This document shows, in pieces, positions 17,661 to 27,255 of a stretch of 64,000 nt of DNA; the stretch's first letter is position 1; each line of letters begins with the position of its first letter. Origin of the DNA: Roseomonas sp. GTDB lineage: Bacteria; Pseudomonadota; Alphaproteobacteria; Acetobacterales; Acetobacteraceae. The stretch is taken from positions 84 through 64,083 of the forward strand of contig DATMFR010000060.1 in NCBI GenBank assembly GCA_035556695.1. Reading direction: 5' to 3'. A model generated the notes under the pieces. That model saw only the letters and a list, made by a program, of their open reading frames with translations, searched no databases and was not told the origin of the DNA. A program made the translations under genes and the position numbers.

Positions 17661-20207
17661 TCAGTTCTTCCGTGTCTCCGGCAGCAGCTTCTCGATCTGC
17701 CGGCTGCGCGCGATGGCCGCCCGCATGGCCGCCACGCCGTTCGCCGGTGCCGCCGCATGGCCCGCGCTGAGCTGCAGCAGCGCCGCCGTGCCATTCTGCG
17801 GCGCCAGCAGTTCGGCGGGCACGGCGGGGCGCTGGCGCGCCAGGGCGGCGGCGCTGGCCAGCCGGGTGGTGGCCTCGCCGCGTGCTGCCGGCTCCAGCGC
17901 CGGGTCGCGCAGCAGCTCGGCATAGGCTGCGGCGGCCTCCGGCCAGGCCTTGGCCTGGAACAGCAGCGCGGCGCGCGCCTGACGGTCGGCCAGGCCGGAG
18001 AGGCCCGCCAGTTCGGCGGCGGCCTGCTGGATCTGTCCCATCCGCGCCAGGGCGGCGCTGGCGGCACGGTGCACCTCCGCCGAAGGCGGCAGGGCGCGCA
18101 GCAGCGCCATGGCCCGTTGCACGTCGCCCTGCGAGGCGCCCGCCTCGGCACGGGCCACCAGCAGCATCGCCTCGGGCTGCTGCTGCGTGGCGGGGGTGAG
18201 CTGCCGCGCGGTGTCCAGCGCGGCATCGGCCAGCCCCTCGTCCAGCATCAGGCGCAGCGCGCCCTTGCGGATGTCGTCGCCGCGCTCGCCCGGCGTGGCA
18301 TAGCCCTCATACTGCCAGTACAGCGCCAGCCGCTCGCTCGGCGGCGGCAGCGCCATGCCCTTGGCATCCACCAGCAGCAGGCGCAGCGCCTGTGCCGCCA
18401 GCCGGGCGCCGCGGCTCTCCATGCTGGGCCGCAGCGAGGCCTGGCTGGCGCCATCGGCCACCGCAAGGGCGCCGCCCAGGTCGCCGCGCTCCAGCAGGCG
18501 CTGGCCGTAGAGGATAGCGGCCTCCTCGCCGAGGGAGTCGAAGCGGTAGGTGCGGCTGACGTCGAGCAGCTGCTGCTCCGCCCGCTGCCCCTCCATTCCC
18601 GGGCGGTCGAAGTTCAGCGCCGCCAGCCGGGCGCGGGCACGCAGCGCGGGCACCCAGCGCCCGGCCTGGATGGCCTTCTGCAGGTACAGCACCTCATCGG
18701 CGCGGTTGCCCTCCAGCCGGGCCAGCCGTGCCAGCAGCCAGCTGCGCAGCGCCGCCTGGTCCGGGCGCAGATCGCTTGCGGTGCGGATGGCGCCGACCAG
18801 GCCGCGCAGCGTCTCGGCATCCTCCTCCACCGCATCGGCCATGATGCCGACGAAAGCGATGCGCAGGTCCTGCGGCACGTCGCGCAGTGCGGTGCGGATG
18901 GCCGGCGCGAGGCGCGCCAGCACCGTCGTTTCGCCGCCGAGCGCCGCCACCAGCCCGCGCCACAGCGGCAGGTCGGGCCGGGTGCAGTCCGCCGCCTCGG
19001 TGAGCAGGGGGGAGGCGGGATCGATCGGCTGCCGCGCCAGCAGCCGCGCCACGTCGCGCACCCGCTGCAGCTGTTCCAGCGTCTCGCCGCCGGGCTGCTC
19101 GTTCAGCGGTGCGGACAGCACCTCCAGCGCCTCGGGGGCCAGTTCGTGGCCGGCATAGAAGGCGGCGAGGGTGGCTGTCTCGGCGGCGCCCTGGTCGGAT
19201 TTGGCCAGCGCGGTGCGCAGGGTCACCAGCCGGTCCGTGAAGCCTTCCGTGCCGGCCCAGCCCTGCAGGCTGAAGGAAGCGGCGAGGCAGGCCGGCTTGG
19301 CAACGTCCTCAGGCGGCGGCGCGAAGCGGGGGTTGGGCGCGGGACCGGCGGCACGGGCGGGAGAGGGGGGGGAAGCTGGCACCGCCGGCACCTGTGCCCC
19401 GTTCAGCAGCGCGAGCTTGCGCACCATCTCCTCGCGAAGCCCCGCCAGGTCGTCGCTTGCACCGGCCGTCTTCCCTCCGCCGGTCTGGCCTGCGGCCACG
19501 GCGGTGCCCGGTGCGGGCGCAGGTGCCTCGGCGGGAGCCGCAGCGGAAACAGGCGCTGGCGCCGGAGCGGAAGGTGCCATGGCGCTGGACGTGGCGACCG
19601 GAGCGGGCGCCACAACAGGAGCGGACGGTTCAGGGGCGGCCACGGGTGCCGCGGCTCCGCCGGACGCGGTCGCGCGTGCGGTGCCGCGCAGCAGGGTGAT
19701 GGCCTGCTGCTGGCTCATCAGGCCGAGCTTGACCGCGTCGTCCAGCAGGCGGCGCCGCGCGGCGGCGAGCTGGGCCGGGCTCTGCGCCTCGCGCGGCGGT
19801 TCGCTGGCCGCCGGTCGCAGGTCGATATAGAGCATGCCGTCGAAGGCGCCCGTCTCGGCCACGCAATCGCAGGCCAGGCGCAGCCGCAGCACGGTTTCGC
19901 CATTCTCCTGCCGCGTCTCGGTACCGGCCAGCTCGTTGATGCGGCGAAGTTCGGAGGCATCCAGCCGGTACTGGCCGCGCAGCCGCAACTCCCAATCGTC
20001 GCCGGCACGCCGCAGCGTGTAGGGCGGGATGCGACCGAGATGCAGCACGACGCGGCCACGATCGACATGCTGGCCGCTGCGCAGGCGCACCGGCGTGGCC
20101 GCTTCGGCGCGGGCGGCAGTGGTGGCCGGCGAGGCTTCCTGGGCCTGTCCGGGCAGGGCGAGCAGCGGCGGCAGCGCCAGGCTGGCCAGCAGGAGGGCGG
20201 GGCGCAT
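17661..20207 (-). CDS. large exported helical-repeat (TPR-like) protein co-transcribed with motA
   Basis: 848 aa, signal peptide MRPALLLASLAL, N-terminal beta domain (VRLRSGQHVDRGRVVL), Ala/Pro linker, long helical C-terminus; between motA and flgF. Confidence 0.7.
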   Translation of the reverse strand: MRPALLLASLALPPLLALPGQAQEASPATTAARAEAATPVRLRSGQHVDRGRVVLHLGRIPPYTLRRAGDDWELRLRGQYRLDASELRRINELAGTETRQENGETVLRLRLACDCVAETGAFDGMLYIDLRPAASEPPREAQSPAQLAAARRRLLDDAVKLGLMSQQQAITLLRGTARATASGGAAAPVAAPEPSAPVVAPAPVATSSAMAPSAPAPAPVSAAAPAEAPAPAPGTAVAAGQTGGGKTAGASDDLAGLREEMVRKLALLNGAQVPAVPASPPSPARAAGPAPNPRFAPPPEDVAKPACLAASFSLQGWAGTEGFTDRLVTLRTALAKSDQGAAETATLAAFYAGHELAPEALEVLSAPLNEQPGGETLEQLQRVRDVARLLARQPIDPASPLLTEAADCTRPDLPLWRGLVAALGGETTVLARLAPAIRTALRDVPQDLRIAFVGIMADAVEEDAETLRGLVGAIRTASDLRPDQAALRSWLLARLARLEGNRADEVLYLQKAIQAGRWVPALRARARLAALNFDRPGMEGQRAEQQLLDVSRTYRFDSLGEEAAILYGQRLLERGDLGGALAVADGASQASLRPSMESRGARLAAQALRLLLVDAKGMALPPPSERLALYWQYEGYATPGERGDDIRKGALRLMLDEGLADAALDTARQLTPATQQQPEAMLLVARAEAGASQGDVQRAMALLRALPPSAEVHRAASAALARMGQIQQAAAELAGLSGLADRQARAALLFQAKAWPEAAAAYAELLRDPALEPAARGEATTRLASAAALARQRPAVPAELLAPQNGTAALLQLSAGHAAAPANGVAAMRAAIARSRQIEKLLPETRKN

Positions 20208-20212
20208 CGGCG

Positions 20213-21106
20213 TTACTCCCCGCCGCCCTCGCCGTCCGTCTTGGCGCGCCCGGCCTCGCGCAGCTGCTCCTCCATCTGGTCGAAGCTCGGCTGCAGCTTG
20301 GTCGGCACCGACTGCCGGCCGACCTCGACGCAGATCTGCGGCGAGAGGTTCTCGAGATAGCTGGTGATCACCGAGCGGGTGACGTCGAGCATCCGCCGCT
20401 CCTCCTCGAAGATCGCCTTCAGCCGCGCGGCCATCGGCCCGACCAGACCGTAGGAGAGGAAGACGCCGAGGAAGGTGCCGACCAGCGCCGAGCCGATCAT
20501 GTGGCCCAGGATTTCCGGGCTCTCGCTGATCGCGCCCATCGCCTTGATGACGCCGAGCACCGCGGCGACGATGCCAAGCGCGGGGAAGGCGTCGGCCATG
20601 GTCTGGATCGCCTTGGCCGGCTTCAGGTTCTCCGCGTGGCGCTTGTCGATGGAGGTTTCCATCATCTCGCCGATGCGGTGCGGGTCCTTGTTGTTCAGCG
20701 TGACGGTGCGCAGCGTATCGCAGATCGTCGCGCGCAGCGCCGGGTCCTGCATCAGGCGCGGATAGCGGCTGAAGATTGCCGAGCTTTCCGGCTGCTCGAT
20801 ATGCTTTTCGAGCTTCGCCGCGCCCTCCTTCTGATGGGTGCGCAGCAGCAGGTAGAGCAGGCAGAGCAGGTCGGAGAAGTCCTTCCGCTGCCAACTCGAA
20901 CCCTTGAACACCTTGCCGAAGGCCTTGAGCGTCTTGGCGAGCAGCGCACCGTCGCCGCCGATCAGCAGCGTCATGAAGCCGCTGCCGCCGATGACGAGCA
21001 GTTCCGGGCCGAGGGCGCCGAGAATGACGCCCATCTTGCCACCGGCGATCAGGTAGCCGCCGAAGACGGCGAGGAAAACTCCGAAGATTCCGGCGATCTG
21101 GATCAT
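20213..21106 (-). CDS. motA: flagellar stator protein MotA
   Basis: GGYLIAGG, PELLVIGG, ADAFPALGIVAAVLGVIKAM, ALVGTFLGVFLSYGLVGP. Confidence 0.95.
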   Translation of the reverse strand: MIQIAGIFGVFLAVFGGYLIAGGKMGVILGALGPELLVIGGSGFMTLLIGGDGALLAKTLKAFGKVFKGSSWQRKDFSDLLCLLYLLLRTHQKEGAAKLEKHIEQPESSAIFSRYPRLMQDPALRATICDTLRTVTLNNKDPHRIGEMMETSIDKRHAENLKPAKAIQTMADAFPALGIVAAVLGVIKAMGAISESPEILGHMIGSALVGTFLGVFLSYGLVGPMAARLKAIFEEERRMLDVTRSVITSYLENLSPQICVEVGRQSVPTKLQPSFDQMEEQLREAGRAKTDGEGGGE

Positions 21107-21197
21107 CGACTGGGACAGCCCCGCAGGTTGCGACGGTCGGCGCTGAAGCTCACCGATGCGTTGCTCTTATCATTTCGCATCCTGTCGTGCTATGAGC

Positions 21198-21207
21198 ATT
21201 TTTCGCA
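21198..21207 (-). promoter_or_regulatory. TGCGAAAAAT motif upstream of motA
   Basis: exact copy on minus strand; variant at 21172-21179. Confidence 0.55.
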
Positions 21208-21229
21208 AAAGCGACAGAAAGGCCTGACC

Positions 21230-22228
21230 ATGCCGACCTCCGTTGCCCTCCAGGCCGCCCTGGAGAAGACCGGCCTGAGCGCCACCCGCCCGCGCACCGA
21301 GACGCTGGGCCGCTACAAGGTGGACAGCGCCGTCACCGGCGCGCTGCGCAACGCCGCGCAGGCGACCGGGATGGATTTCGAGGTGTTGGCCGCCAAGGCG
21401 GCGATGGAGAGCGGCTTCCGCGCCGATGCGCAGGCCTCCACCTCCTCCGCCCGCGGCCTGTTCCAGTTCATCGACCAGACCTGGCTGGGCGTGGTGCAGG
21501 CGCACGGCGCCGAGCACGGCCTGGGGGATGAGGCGGCGGCGATCACCCGCCAGGGCAGCCGCCTCACCGTCTCCGATCCCGCGCTGCGCGGCCGCATCCT
21601 GGCGCTGCGCGACGACCCGGAGATCGCCGCCCGGCTCGGCGCCGAGCATCTGAAGGACCTGACGGATACGCTGGCCTCGAATATCGGCCACCGGCCGGAC
21701 GCGACCGAACTGTATCTCGGTCACTTCCTCGGCCTGCGCGGGGCGAGCGAGCTGCTGCAGAAGGCCGCCTCCGACCCGCAGATGGCGGCCAGCCAGGTTC
21801 TGCCCGACGCCGCGCATGCCAATCCCGCGATCTTTCGCGGCAGCGACGGGGCGCCGCTCTCGGTGCAGCAGGTGATCGACAAGCTGCGCGACCGGGTGAA
21901 CCAGACCTATGCGCAGCTCGGCCTGGAGGCGCCGAGCGGCCCAGTGACGATCGACCCCGCCACCCTGGCGCAAACCTCGAAATCCGGCGCGGCGGTGGCC
22001 AGCAACGAGCCGTTCTGGTGGGGCAGCGGCGCGCCGGCGCGGGTGGCGCATGCGCCCGAGCAGGCGATGCTCTCGACCCTGATGGAGGTGTTCACGCGCA
22101 TGAACAAGGCGGGCGCGCAGCGCAGCTCCGGCGAGGATCCGCGCGCCCTGCCGGCCGATGTGGTGGCGGCGATGCGCCAGAGCGGCGACACGGCGGCCGA
22201 GGCACGCAAGGCTTACGGCGCCGGCTGA
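21230..22228 (+). CDS. flagellar-cluster lytic transglycosylase (SLT domain)
   Basis: LAAKAAMESGF, STSSARGLFQFIDQTW, ELYLGHFLG, AAHANPAIF motifs; divergent from motA. Confidence 0.85.
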   Translation: MPTSVALQAALEKTGLSATRPRTETLGRYKVDSAVTGALRNAAQATGMDFEVLAAKAAMESGFRADAQASTSSARGLFQFIDQTWLGVVQAHGAEHGLGDEAAAITRQGSRLTVSDPALRGRILALRDDPEIAARLGAEHLKDLTDTLASNIGHRPDATELYLGHFLGLRGASELLQKAASDPQMAASQVLPDAAHANPAIFRGSDGAPLSVQQVIDKLRDRVNQTYAQLGLEAPSGPVTIDPATLAQTSKSGAAVASNEPFWWGSGAPARVAHAPEQAMLSTLMEVFTRMNKAGAQRSSGEDPRALPADVVAAMRQSGDTAAEARKAYGAG

Positions 22229-22239
22229 GGGCCTCTCTC

Positions 22240-22274
22240 CCGCCGGCGCCCGCTGGGCGGGCGCCGGCGGCTTT
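22240..22274 (+). terminator. putative intrinsic terminator
   Basis: 14-bp stem CCGCCGGCGCCCGC / GCGGGCGCCGGCGG with 3-nt loop followed by CTTT. Confidence 0.5.
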
Positions 22275-22280
22275 CCGGGT

Positions 22281-22589
22281 TCAGGCCTGGGCCGCCACGG
22301 CCATCATCGGCGGGCTGGCCAGCCGCCCCGCCCGGCGCCGGCGCCCCTCGCGCCGCACATCGGCGCCATGCACATGCCCCGCCGCGTAGCAATGACGCAT
22401 CGCGGCCAGCAGGACGTCGGGAACCGGCATTTCCCGCAACCCCGGCAGGTCGGCGGTGCCGGCGATGTCACGGTGCAGTCCCTGCAGGCCATCCCGCCGG
22501 CCCAGCGCCACGGCGCGCCCTAGCAACGCTTCGGCAAGGCCTTCCCAGTCCAGGGCGGGGGAGAAAAGCGCGAGTCCATTGTCGGGCAT
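22281..22589 (-). CDS. small hypothetical protein
   Basis: 102-aa helical ORF MPDNGLALFSPALDWEG...; preceded by a co-oriented TGCGAAAAAT at 22685-22694. Confidence 0.5.
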   Translation of the reverse strand: MPDNGLALFSPALDWEGLAEALLGRAVALGRRDGLQGLHRDIAGTADLPGLREMPVPDVLLAAMRHCYAAGHVHGADVRREGRRRRAGRLASPPMMAVAAQA

Positions 22590-22684
22590 GGGGGGGAGGC
22601 TCCGGGAGGGGATGGGAAACGGACCGGCATCTCGGGGCCGACCGTCCAAGGACATACTGTCGTTTCCGCAGTCACGTATCAAGA

Positions 22685-22694
22685 ATTTTTCGCA
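22685..22694 (-). promoter_or_regulatory. TGCGAAAAAT motif
   Basis: exact copy; variant TGCGGAAAC at 22662-22670. Confidence 0.5.
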
Positions 22695-23297
22695 TGACTT
22701 TGTAATGCCACGCCCGGCCCCGGGTGAGGGTCTCTCCAGCCCTGTACCAGCAGGCTGGAGCGGCGCAGCGGGATCATCAGCATGACACCCTCCCCCCTCC
22801 CCCGGAGCGCCTCTTCGCTTCCCTGCCCCTGCTGGGCGGCCGCCCATCCCGGGTGGCCATCCGCCAGGGTGAGATGCGCGCCCGCGAAGCCGAAGCGGAC
22901 CACGTCCGCATCCAGGCATGGGAGATGCCGCAGGCACTCGCTGGAGCCCGGCATGGGGACTGGCACGACGCGCAGCGGCAGGGTGGCGTGTTCTCCCGCG
23001 ATGCTGGGACGGGCAAATAGGCCCGGCGCAGGCTCATCCGTGCCGCCGGATCGGCCTCGGCCGCCAGTTGCTCCGCCAATCCCAGAAAGGCAATCGTACC
23101 CTCCTGGCGAAGCGCCCACAGGCGGCGCAGCCGTACCAGGGGGCACGGCCAACCCAGGCGCCGGCGCCCGGTGCGACGGAATCGAGCAGCAAGGAAAGGG
23201 GCGCGGCCGTCGTGCTGGAGCGGAGGGTTTCCATGCGGCGAAAATCGCATGTGCCTGGCCGAGCCGAACAGAGGATGGTGCCAGGCCGGAAAGGATT

Positions 23298-23308
23298 TGC
23301 GAAAAATT
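23298..23308 (+). promoter_or_regulatory. TGCGAAAAAT motif
   Basis: exact copy 65 bp upstream of the 23363 ORF; variant TGCGAAG at 23320. Confidence 0.5.
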
Positions 23309-23362
23309 GTGGAATTCCGTGCGAAGCCTGTGCTTCTGTCAGGCTCCCGCGGAGAAGTCGCC

Positions 23363-24034
23363 ATGCCGCAGCATCTTTCTCTCATCCGGCCGCTTCCGGC
23401 GGCCACCCTGCTGGGGATGGCGGGGCTGGGTGCCGGCCTGGGCGCCGGACCCGTGCTTCCCGCGCTCGGCTGGCACAGCCTCGCGGCACTGGCCGCCGGT
23501 GCCGCCGCCGCTGTCTGGCTGGGCCGGCGCGACCGCGCGATGCGGCGCCGCTTCGCCGCGCTGCGGCTGCAGGTGGAGCCGTTGCCGGACGGCCCACAGA
23601 CCCTGGCCGGCGTGGTCCGCTTCGCCAGCACGGCTCCGCTGGCCTGGTGCGCCCGGCAGGGGGAATGGTGCCTGGACCTGGCGCGCACGGAGGCGAGTGA
23701 CCTTCCCTGGCGGCTGGACCTGCGCCGCGCCAGCCCGCCGGACGCACCGATGCCTCTGGCGCAGGCGGCCACGCTGGATGCCGTGCTCACCCTCTCGCGG
23801 CGCCTTTTCACGGGACAGGGCGCTGCCCAGGCCAGCGATCCTGCTTTGCGGGAGGCGGCTGGCCTGCTGGATTGCGACCTGGAATTCGTGCTGCCCGCGC
23901 CGCAGGGGCGGATCACGGCCCTGGCCGAGGGCGGCTATGCCCTGCACGATGCCAGCGGCAGCCGCGCCCTCTGTGCCGTGGCCGCGGATACGCTGCTGGG
24001 CGAGACCAGCCGGATCCGCTCCGGCGAGGCCTGA
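23363..24034 (+). CDS. hypothetical membrane-anchored protein
   Basis: GGAGA RBS; N-terminal hydrophobic segments then soluble domain; no family recognised. Confidence 0.55.
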   Translation: MPQHLSLIRPLPAATLLGMAGLGAGLGAGPVLPALGWHSLAALAAGAAAAVWLGRRDRAMRRRFAALRLQVEPLPDGPQTLAGVVRFASTAPLAWCARQGEWCLDLARTEASDLPWRLDLRRASPPDAPMPLAQAATLDAVLTLSRRLFTGQGAAQASDPALREAAGLLDCDLEFVLPAPQGRITALAEGGYALHDASGSRALCAVAADTLLGETSRIRSGEA

Positions 24035-24044
24035 GCGCCCGCCC

Positions 24045-24093
24045 AAACTGACAAAAGGAAGATGGAGGGTTCGGGAGGAATTCCTTCCTCCCG
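24045..24093 (+). repeat. REP-like element, family B copy 3
   Basis: AAACTGACAAAAGGAAGATGGAGGGTTCGGGAGGAATTCCTTCCTCCCG between convergent genes. Confidence 0.55.
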
Positions 24094-24113
24094 ATCTTTT
24101 CCGCCTGCGTGCG

Positions 24114-24815
24114 TCAGGGTACCGGAGTGCGGAAGGCTTCCCGGCGCCCGGCGATTTCCTGCGTCACCGCCAGCGCCGCCGGCGGCTCCATCTGCGCCAG
24201 GATCGGACCGGCCTGCCGCTCGGGGATCTTCAACAGGATCACCGCGGCGCGCGGCGCCTCCAGCCGCTCCAGCACCTTCGCCGCCTGCTGCGGCCGCATG
24301 TTCACGTAGAGCGCGACCAGTGAATCGATGTCGCCTTCGGCGGCCGTGCTCTCGCGCGCCACCATCTGCTCCACCTCCTGGCGCAGCCGCGCCAGTTCGG
24401 TGATCTGCGCACGGGCCATCTCCTCCGCCGCCTGCAGGCGGGCTTCGCGCGCCTCCAGGTCGCGCGCGCGCTGGTCGATCTCGGACTGCCGGCGGGAGAC
24501 TTCCATCAGCAGCCGGCCCTCCCCAGGGCGTTCCTCGCCCAGGGGGTTAGGGCGCACCGCACCGGCCAAAACCGGCGAGATGGTGGGGCGGGCGACCACG
24601 CCCTCGCGCAGCGCCATAGGGACCGGGGCAGTGGGAGCTTCCCGCGCCTGCAGCAGCGTGGTGCCGAGGCGCGGCAGAGAGAATCCGCTCTCGGTCAGGC
24701 CGGCGATGCGGCCGGGCAGCAGGGCGGCCAGGCTCAGCGCCATCAGCGGCAGGCCGGCGAGTGATCGCAACCGCCGGCGTGGCGTGGAGAGGTCGAAAGC
24801 GGGCGCAGGGGTCAT
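24114..24815 (-). CDS. motE: MotE-family (FlbB-like) flagellar protein
   Basis: coiled coil LEAREARLQAAE followed by LVALYVNMRPQQAAKVL...AGPILAQMEP MgtE-N-like repeat. Confidence 0.8.
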   Translation of the reverse strand: MTPAPAFDLSTPRRRLRSLAGLPLMALSLAALLPGRIAGLTESGFSLPRLGTTLLQAREAPTAPVPMALREGVVARPTISPVLAGAVRPNPLGEERPGEGRLLMEVSRRQSEIDQRARDLEAREARLQAAEEMARAQITELARLRQEVEQMVARESTAAEGDIDSLVALYVNMRPQQAAKVLERLEAPRAAVILLKIPERQAGPILAQMEPPAALAVTQEIAGRREAFRTPVP

Positions 24816-24820
24816 GCGGC

Positions 24821-25417
24821 TCAATCCAGCTTCACGCGGATGGTGCGCGCCTCGGGCACCGGGGTCGCCGGGCTGGCGAAGAGCAGCTCCGCCGCCAGCA
24901 CGCTGCGCAGCGGCGGCTCCTCCGGAATGGCGGGCGCCAGCGCCTCGGGCGCGGCGGGAAGGGTCAGCAGCGGCGGCCCGAAGACGGCGGCGGGCTCGGT
25001 CAAGGCGGGCATTGGCCGCCCGGCCAGGCGCTCGGCCAGGCCCAGCGGCTCCACCAGCTCGCGCGGCGGCGCGGCGGCACGGGCGCTCTGCAGCTTGCGG
25101 TTCTGCCGCAGCGCCAGGTCCAGCCGGGTGGCCACCTCCTCGGCCTGGCGCGAGGCGGTGGACAGCTCCTGCACCAGCCGCCGGCAGGCGCCGAGCTTGC
25201 TGTCCACCTCGCCGATGCCGTCGCGCACCTTCTGCACGATGCCGCCGGCCACGTTGTCGAGCCGGCACGAGGCCTCGTCGAGCTGGCCGATCACGTCGCC
25301 GGCGCCCTCCAGCGCCACGCGCAGCCGGCCCATCCGGCGATAGAGCAGGCCGATCCATCCGGCCTGGGCAACCAGCGCCGCCAGGGCGGAGGCGTCGAGG
25401 ATCTGTGTCAGCGTCAT
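24821..25417 (-). CDS. DUF6468-like membrane-anchored coiled-coil protein
   Basis: N-terminal TM then LYRRMGRLR and coiled coil; located between fliM and motE. Confidence 0.5.
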   Translation of the reverse strand: MTLTQILDASALAALVAQAGWIGLLYRRMGRLRVALEGAGDVIGQLDEASCRLDNVAGGIVQKVRDGIGEVDSKLGACRRLVQELSTASRQAEEVATRLDLALRQNRKLQSARAAAPPRELVEPLGLAERLAGRPMPALTEPAAVFGPPLLTLPAAPEALAPAIPEEPPLRSVLAAELLFASPATPVPEARTIRVKLD

Positions 25418-25427
25418 GGGATTTTCC

Positions 25428-26483
25428 TCAGGCGTCCTGGCTGGGCGCGCTGCCCGGCCAGCTTCTGTCGATCACGCACTCCTCCACGCGCAGCACCACG
25501 CGCTCGTCCTTGCTGGCGATCGCCGCGCGGCAGACCATCAGCCCCTGGCAGTACACCTCGATCGGGTCCTCCTGCCGCCGGTCGAGCACGAAGACCGAGC
25601 CGGGCTGCCAGGCGGCGACCTCCGAGAAGGGCATGACGCGCCGCTCGATGACGGCGGTCAGCTCGATGCCGGCGCGCGGCAGTTCCTCGGCGAGGTGGTT
25701 GCGCCAGATGCTGTCGCCGCCCTGCTTCTTGCCGAGCACTTCCTGGCTCAGCAGGTCGCGCACCGGCTCGATCGAGGTGTAGGGCAGCAGGAAGTCGATG
25801 TAGCCGCCGCGCCCTTCCATGGTGATCTCGGCGCGAAAGGTCAGCGCCGCGGCGGTCGGCTTGGTGATCATCGCGTAGCCCGGCGTGATCTCGAACCGCT
25901 CCAGCCTGAATTCGGCGGGCGAGACCGATTCGAAGGCCTTGCTCATGTCCTGCGCGATGATCGAGACGAACTTCTCGACGAAGGTGCGCTCGATCGGCGT
26001 GTAGGGGCGCCCCTCGATCGGCTGCAGCGCGTTGCGCCGGCCGCCGAGCAGGATGTCGACGATCGAACCGATCAGCCGTGAATCCAGCGCGGCCAGGCAG
26101 TAGCCGTCCCATTCCTCGATGCGGATGACGCCGATCAGCGCCGGCAGGGTGATGGTGTCGAGAAAGGCGCCGACGCGCACCGGCCGGATGCGGTCGATGA
26201 CGACATCGGCATTGTCGGCGGTGAACTTGCGGCTGGAGGTGGTCATCAGCCGCGCCAGGCGGTCCACCACGATCTCCAGCATCGGCAGCCGCTCGTAGCG
26301 CACCGCCCCGCCGACCAGCGCCTCCAGTCCGCGGCGCGGGCCTTCCTCGGCCGCCGGTTCCGGGCCGCCGAACAGGTCGTCGATGTCGCCCTGGCCCATG
26401 GCGACGCCGGCGGCGCCCCAATCGGCCATGGCATCGGCCATCGGATCGGGCTCGGCGCCGCCGGTCTCGTTCGTCTCGCTCAT
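25428..26483 (-). CDS. fliM: flagellar C-ring protein FliM
   Basis: GQGDIDDLFG (CheY-binding-like), ERLPMLEIVVDRLARL, GGRR...IEGRPYTPIE, LLPYTSIEPVRDLL, C-terminal SpoA-like domain. Confidence 0.93.
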   Translation of the reverse strand: MSETNETGGAEPDPMADAMADWGAAGVAMGQGDIDDLFGGPEPAAEEGPRRGLEALVGGAVRYERLPMLEIVVDRLARLMTTSSRKFTADNADVVIDRIRPVRVGAFLDTITLPALIGVIRIEEWDGYCLAALDSRLIGSIVDILLGGRRNALQPIEGRPYTPIERTFVEKFVSIIAQDMSKAFESVSPAEFRLERFEITPGYAMITKPTAAALTFRAEITMEGRGGYIDFLLPYTSIEPVRDLLSQEVLGKKQGGDSIWRNHLAEELPRAGIELTAVIERRVMPFSEVAAWQPGSVFVLDRRQEDPIEVYCQGLMVCRAAIASKDERVVLRVEECVIDRSWPGSAPSQDA

Positions 26484-26486
26484 GCC

Positions 26487-27020
26487 TCAGGCCACCACGA
26501 AGCCGGTGATCAGCACGTCGCGCACGCGGCCCGGGCCGAGCACCAGGTCGAGCCGCCGGTGCAGGTCGCCGCGCAGCCGGTCCATGGCTAGCGCGCCCTC
26601 CATCTCGCTGTCGTGCAGGGTGCGCAGGTAGAGCACCAGGCTGTCATAGATGCGGGGGCTGAGCAGGTCGGCCTGCACCAGAACGGGGTCGCCGTTGATC
26701 TCGACCGCCAGCTTCAGCCGGAGCTGCCGCGGGCGGCCGCCATTCGGCAGGGAGAGGGTCATCTCCGGGAACTCGACGAAGCTGGGCTTGCCCGGCAGCG
26801 GCAGCGCGGCGGCCGCGGCGCCCTCCTCCGGCGCGGCGTCCAGGCCGGCCAGGTGGCGCACGGCATCCGCCGCGCCGGGGATGAGGAACCAGGTGCCCGC
26901 CACACCGCCGCCGAGCAGCAGGGGCAGCAGGAGGAGGACCAGGAGCAGGCGGCGCCTGCCGCCCTTGCGTCCCGGCTTTTCCGGATTTTTCGCGGACTTC
27001 TCCGCGGAGGGTGAGGCCAT
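26487..27020 (-). CDS. fliL: flagellar basal-body protein FliL
   Basis: basic N-terminus, TM, FVEFPEMTLSL, LYLRTL..SEMEGA..M.RLR.DL..RL, VRDVLITGFVV. Confidence 0.85.
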   Translation of the reverse strand: MASPSAEKSAKNPEKPGRKGGRRRLLLVLLLLPLLLGGGVAGTWFLIPGAADAVRHLAGLDAAPEEGAAAAALPLPGKPSFVEFPEMTLSLPNGGRPRQLRLKLAVEINGDPVLVQADLLSPRIYDSLVLYLRTLHDSEMEGALAMDRLRGDLHRRLDLVLGPGRVRDVLITGFVVA

Positions 27021-27255
27021 GCAGCGGATCTCCCGGCGATTGCGATTTTTCGCGCGACAAGCGGAGTGGGCGAAGGTATAAACCGACGCGTCTTCGCATG
27101 CCATGCTAAAAACATCCGTTCCGGGATGTTCGCACGGGATGGCAGGCGAGTGGGAACGGGGTCTGGGTGTCACGCCCGGCTGCCCTGGCGCGTCGGCCAA
27201 GGATGCGCCGGAAGGCCGGGTGGGGCGCGCGCCAGCATGAGGCGATAGAAGGTCG

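Noticed and set aside
17472-20360. 962-aa plus-strand ORF
   Set aside because: Antisense shadow of the large exported protein
14828-22228. Apparent fusions from long ORF calls (14828-15976, 16907-18226, 17661-20894, 20501-22228)
   Set aside because: Extensions are off-frame or antisense reads over neighbouring genes; family motifs begin at internal ATGs 15607, 17659, 20207 and 21230
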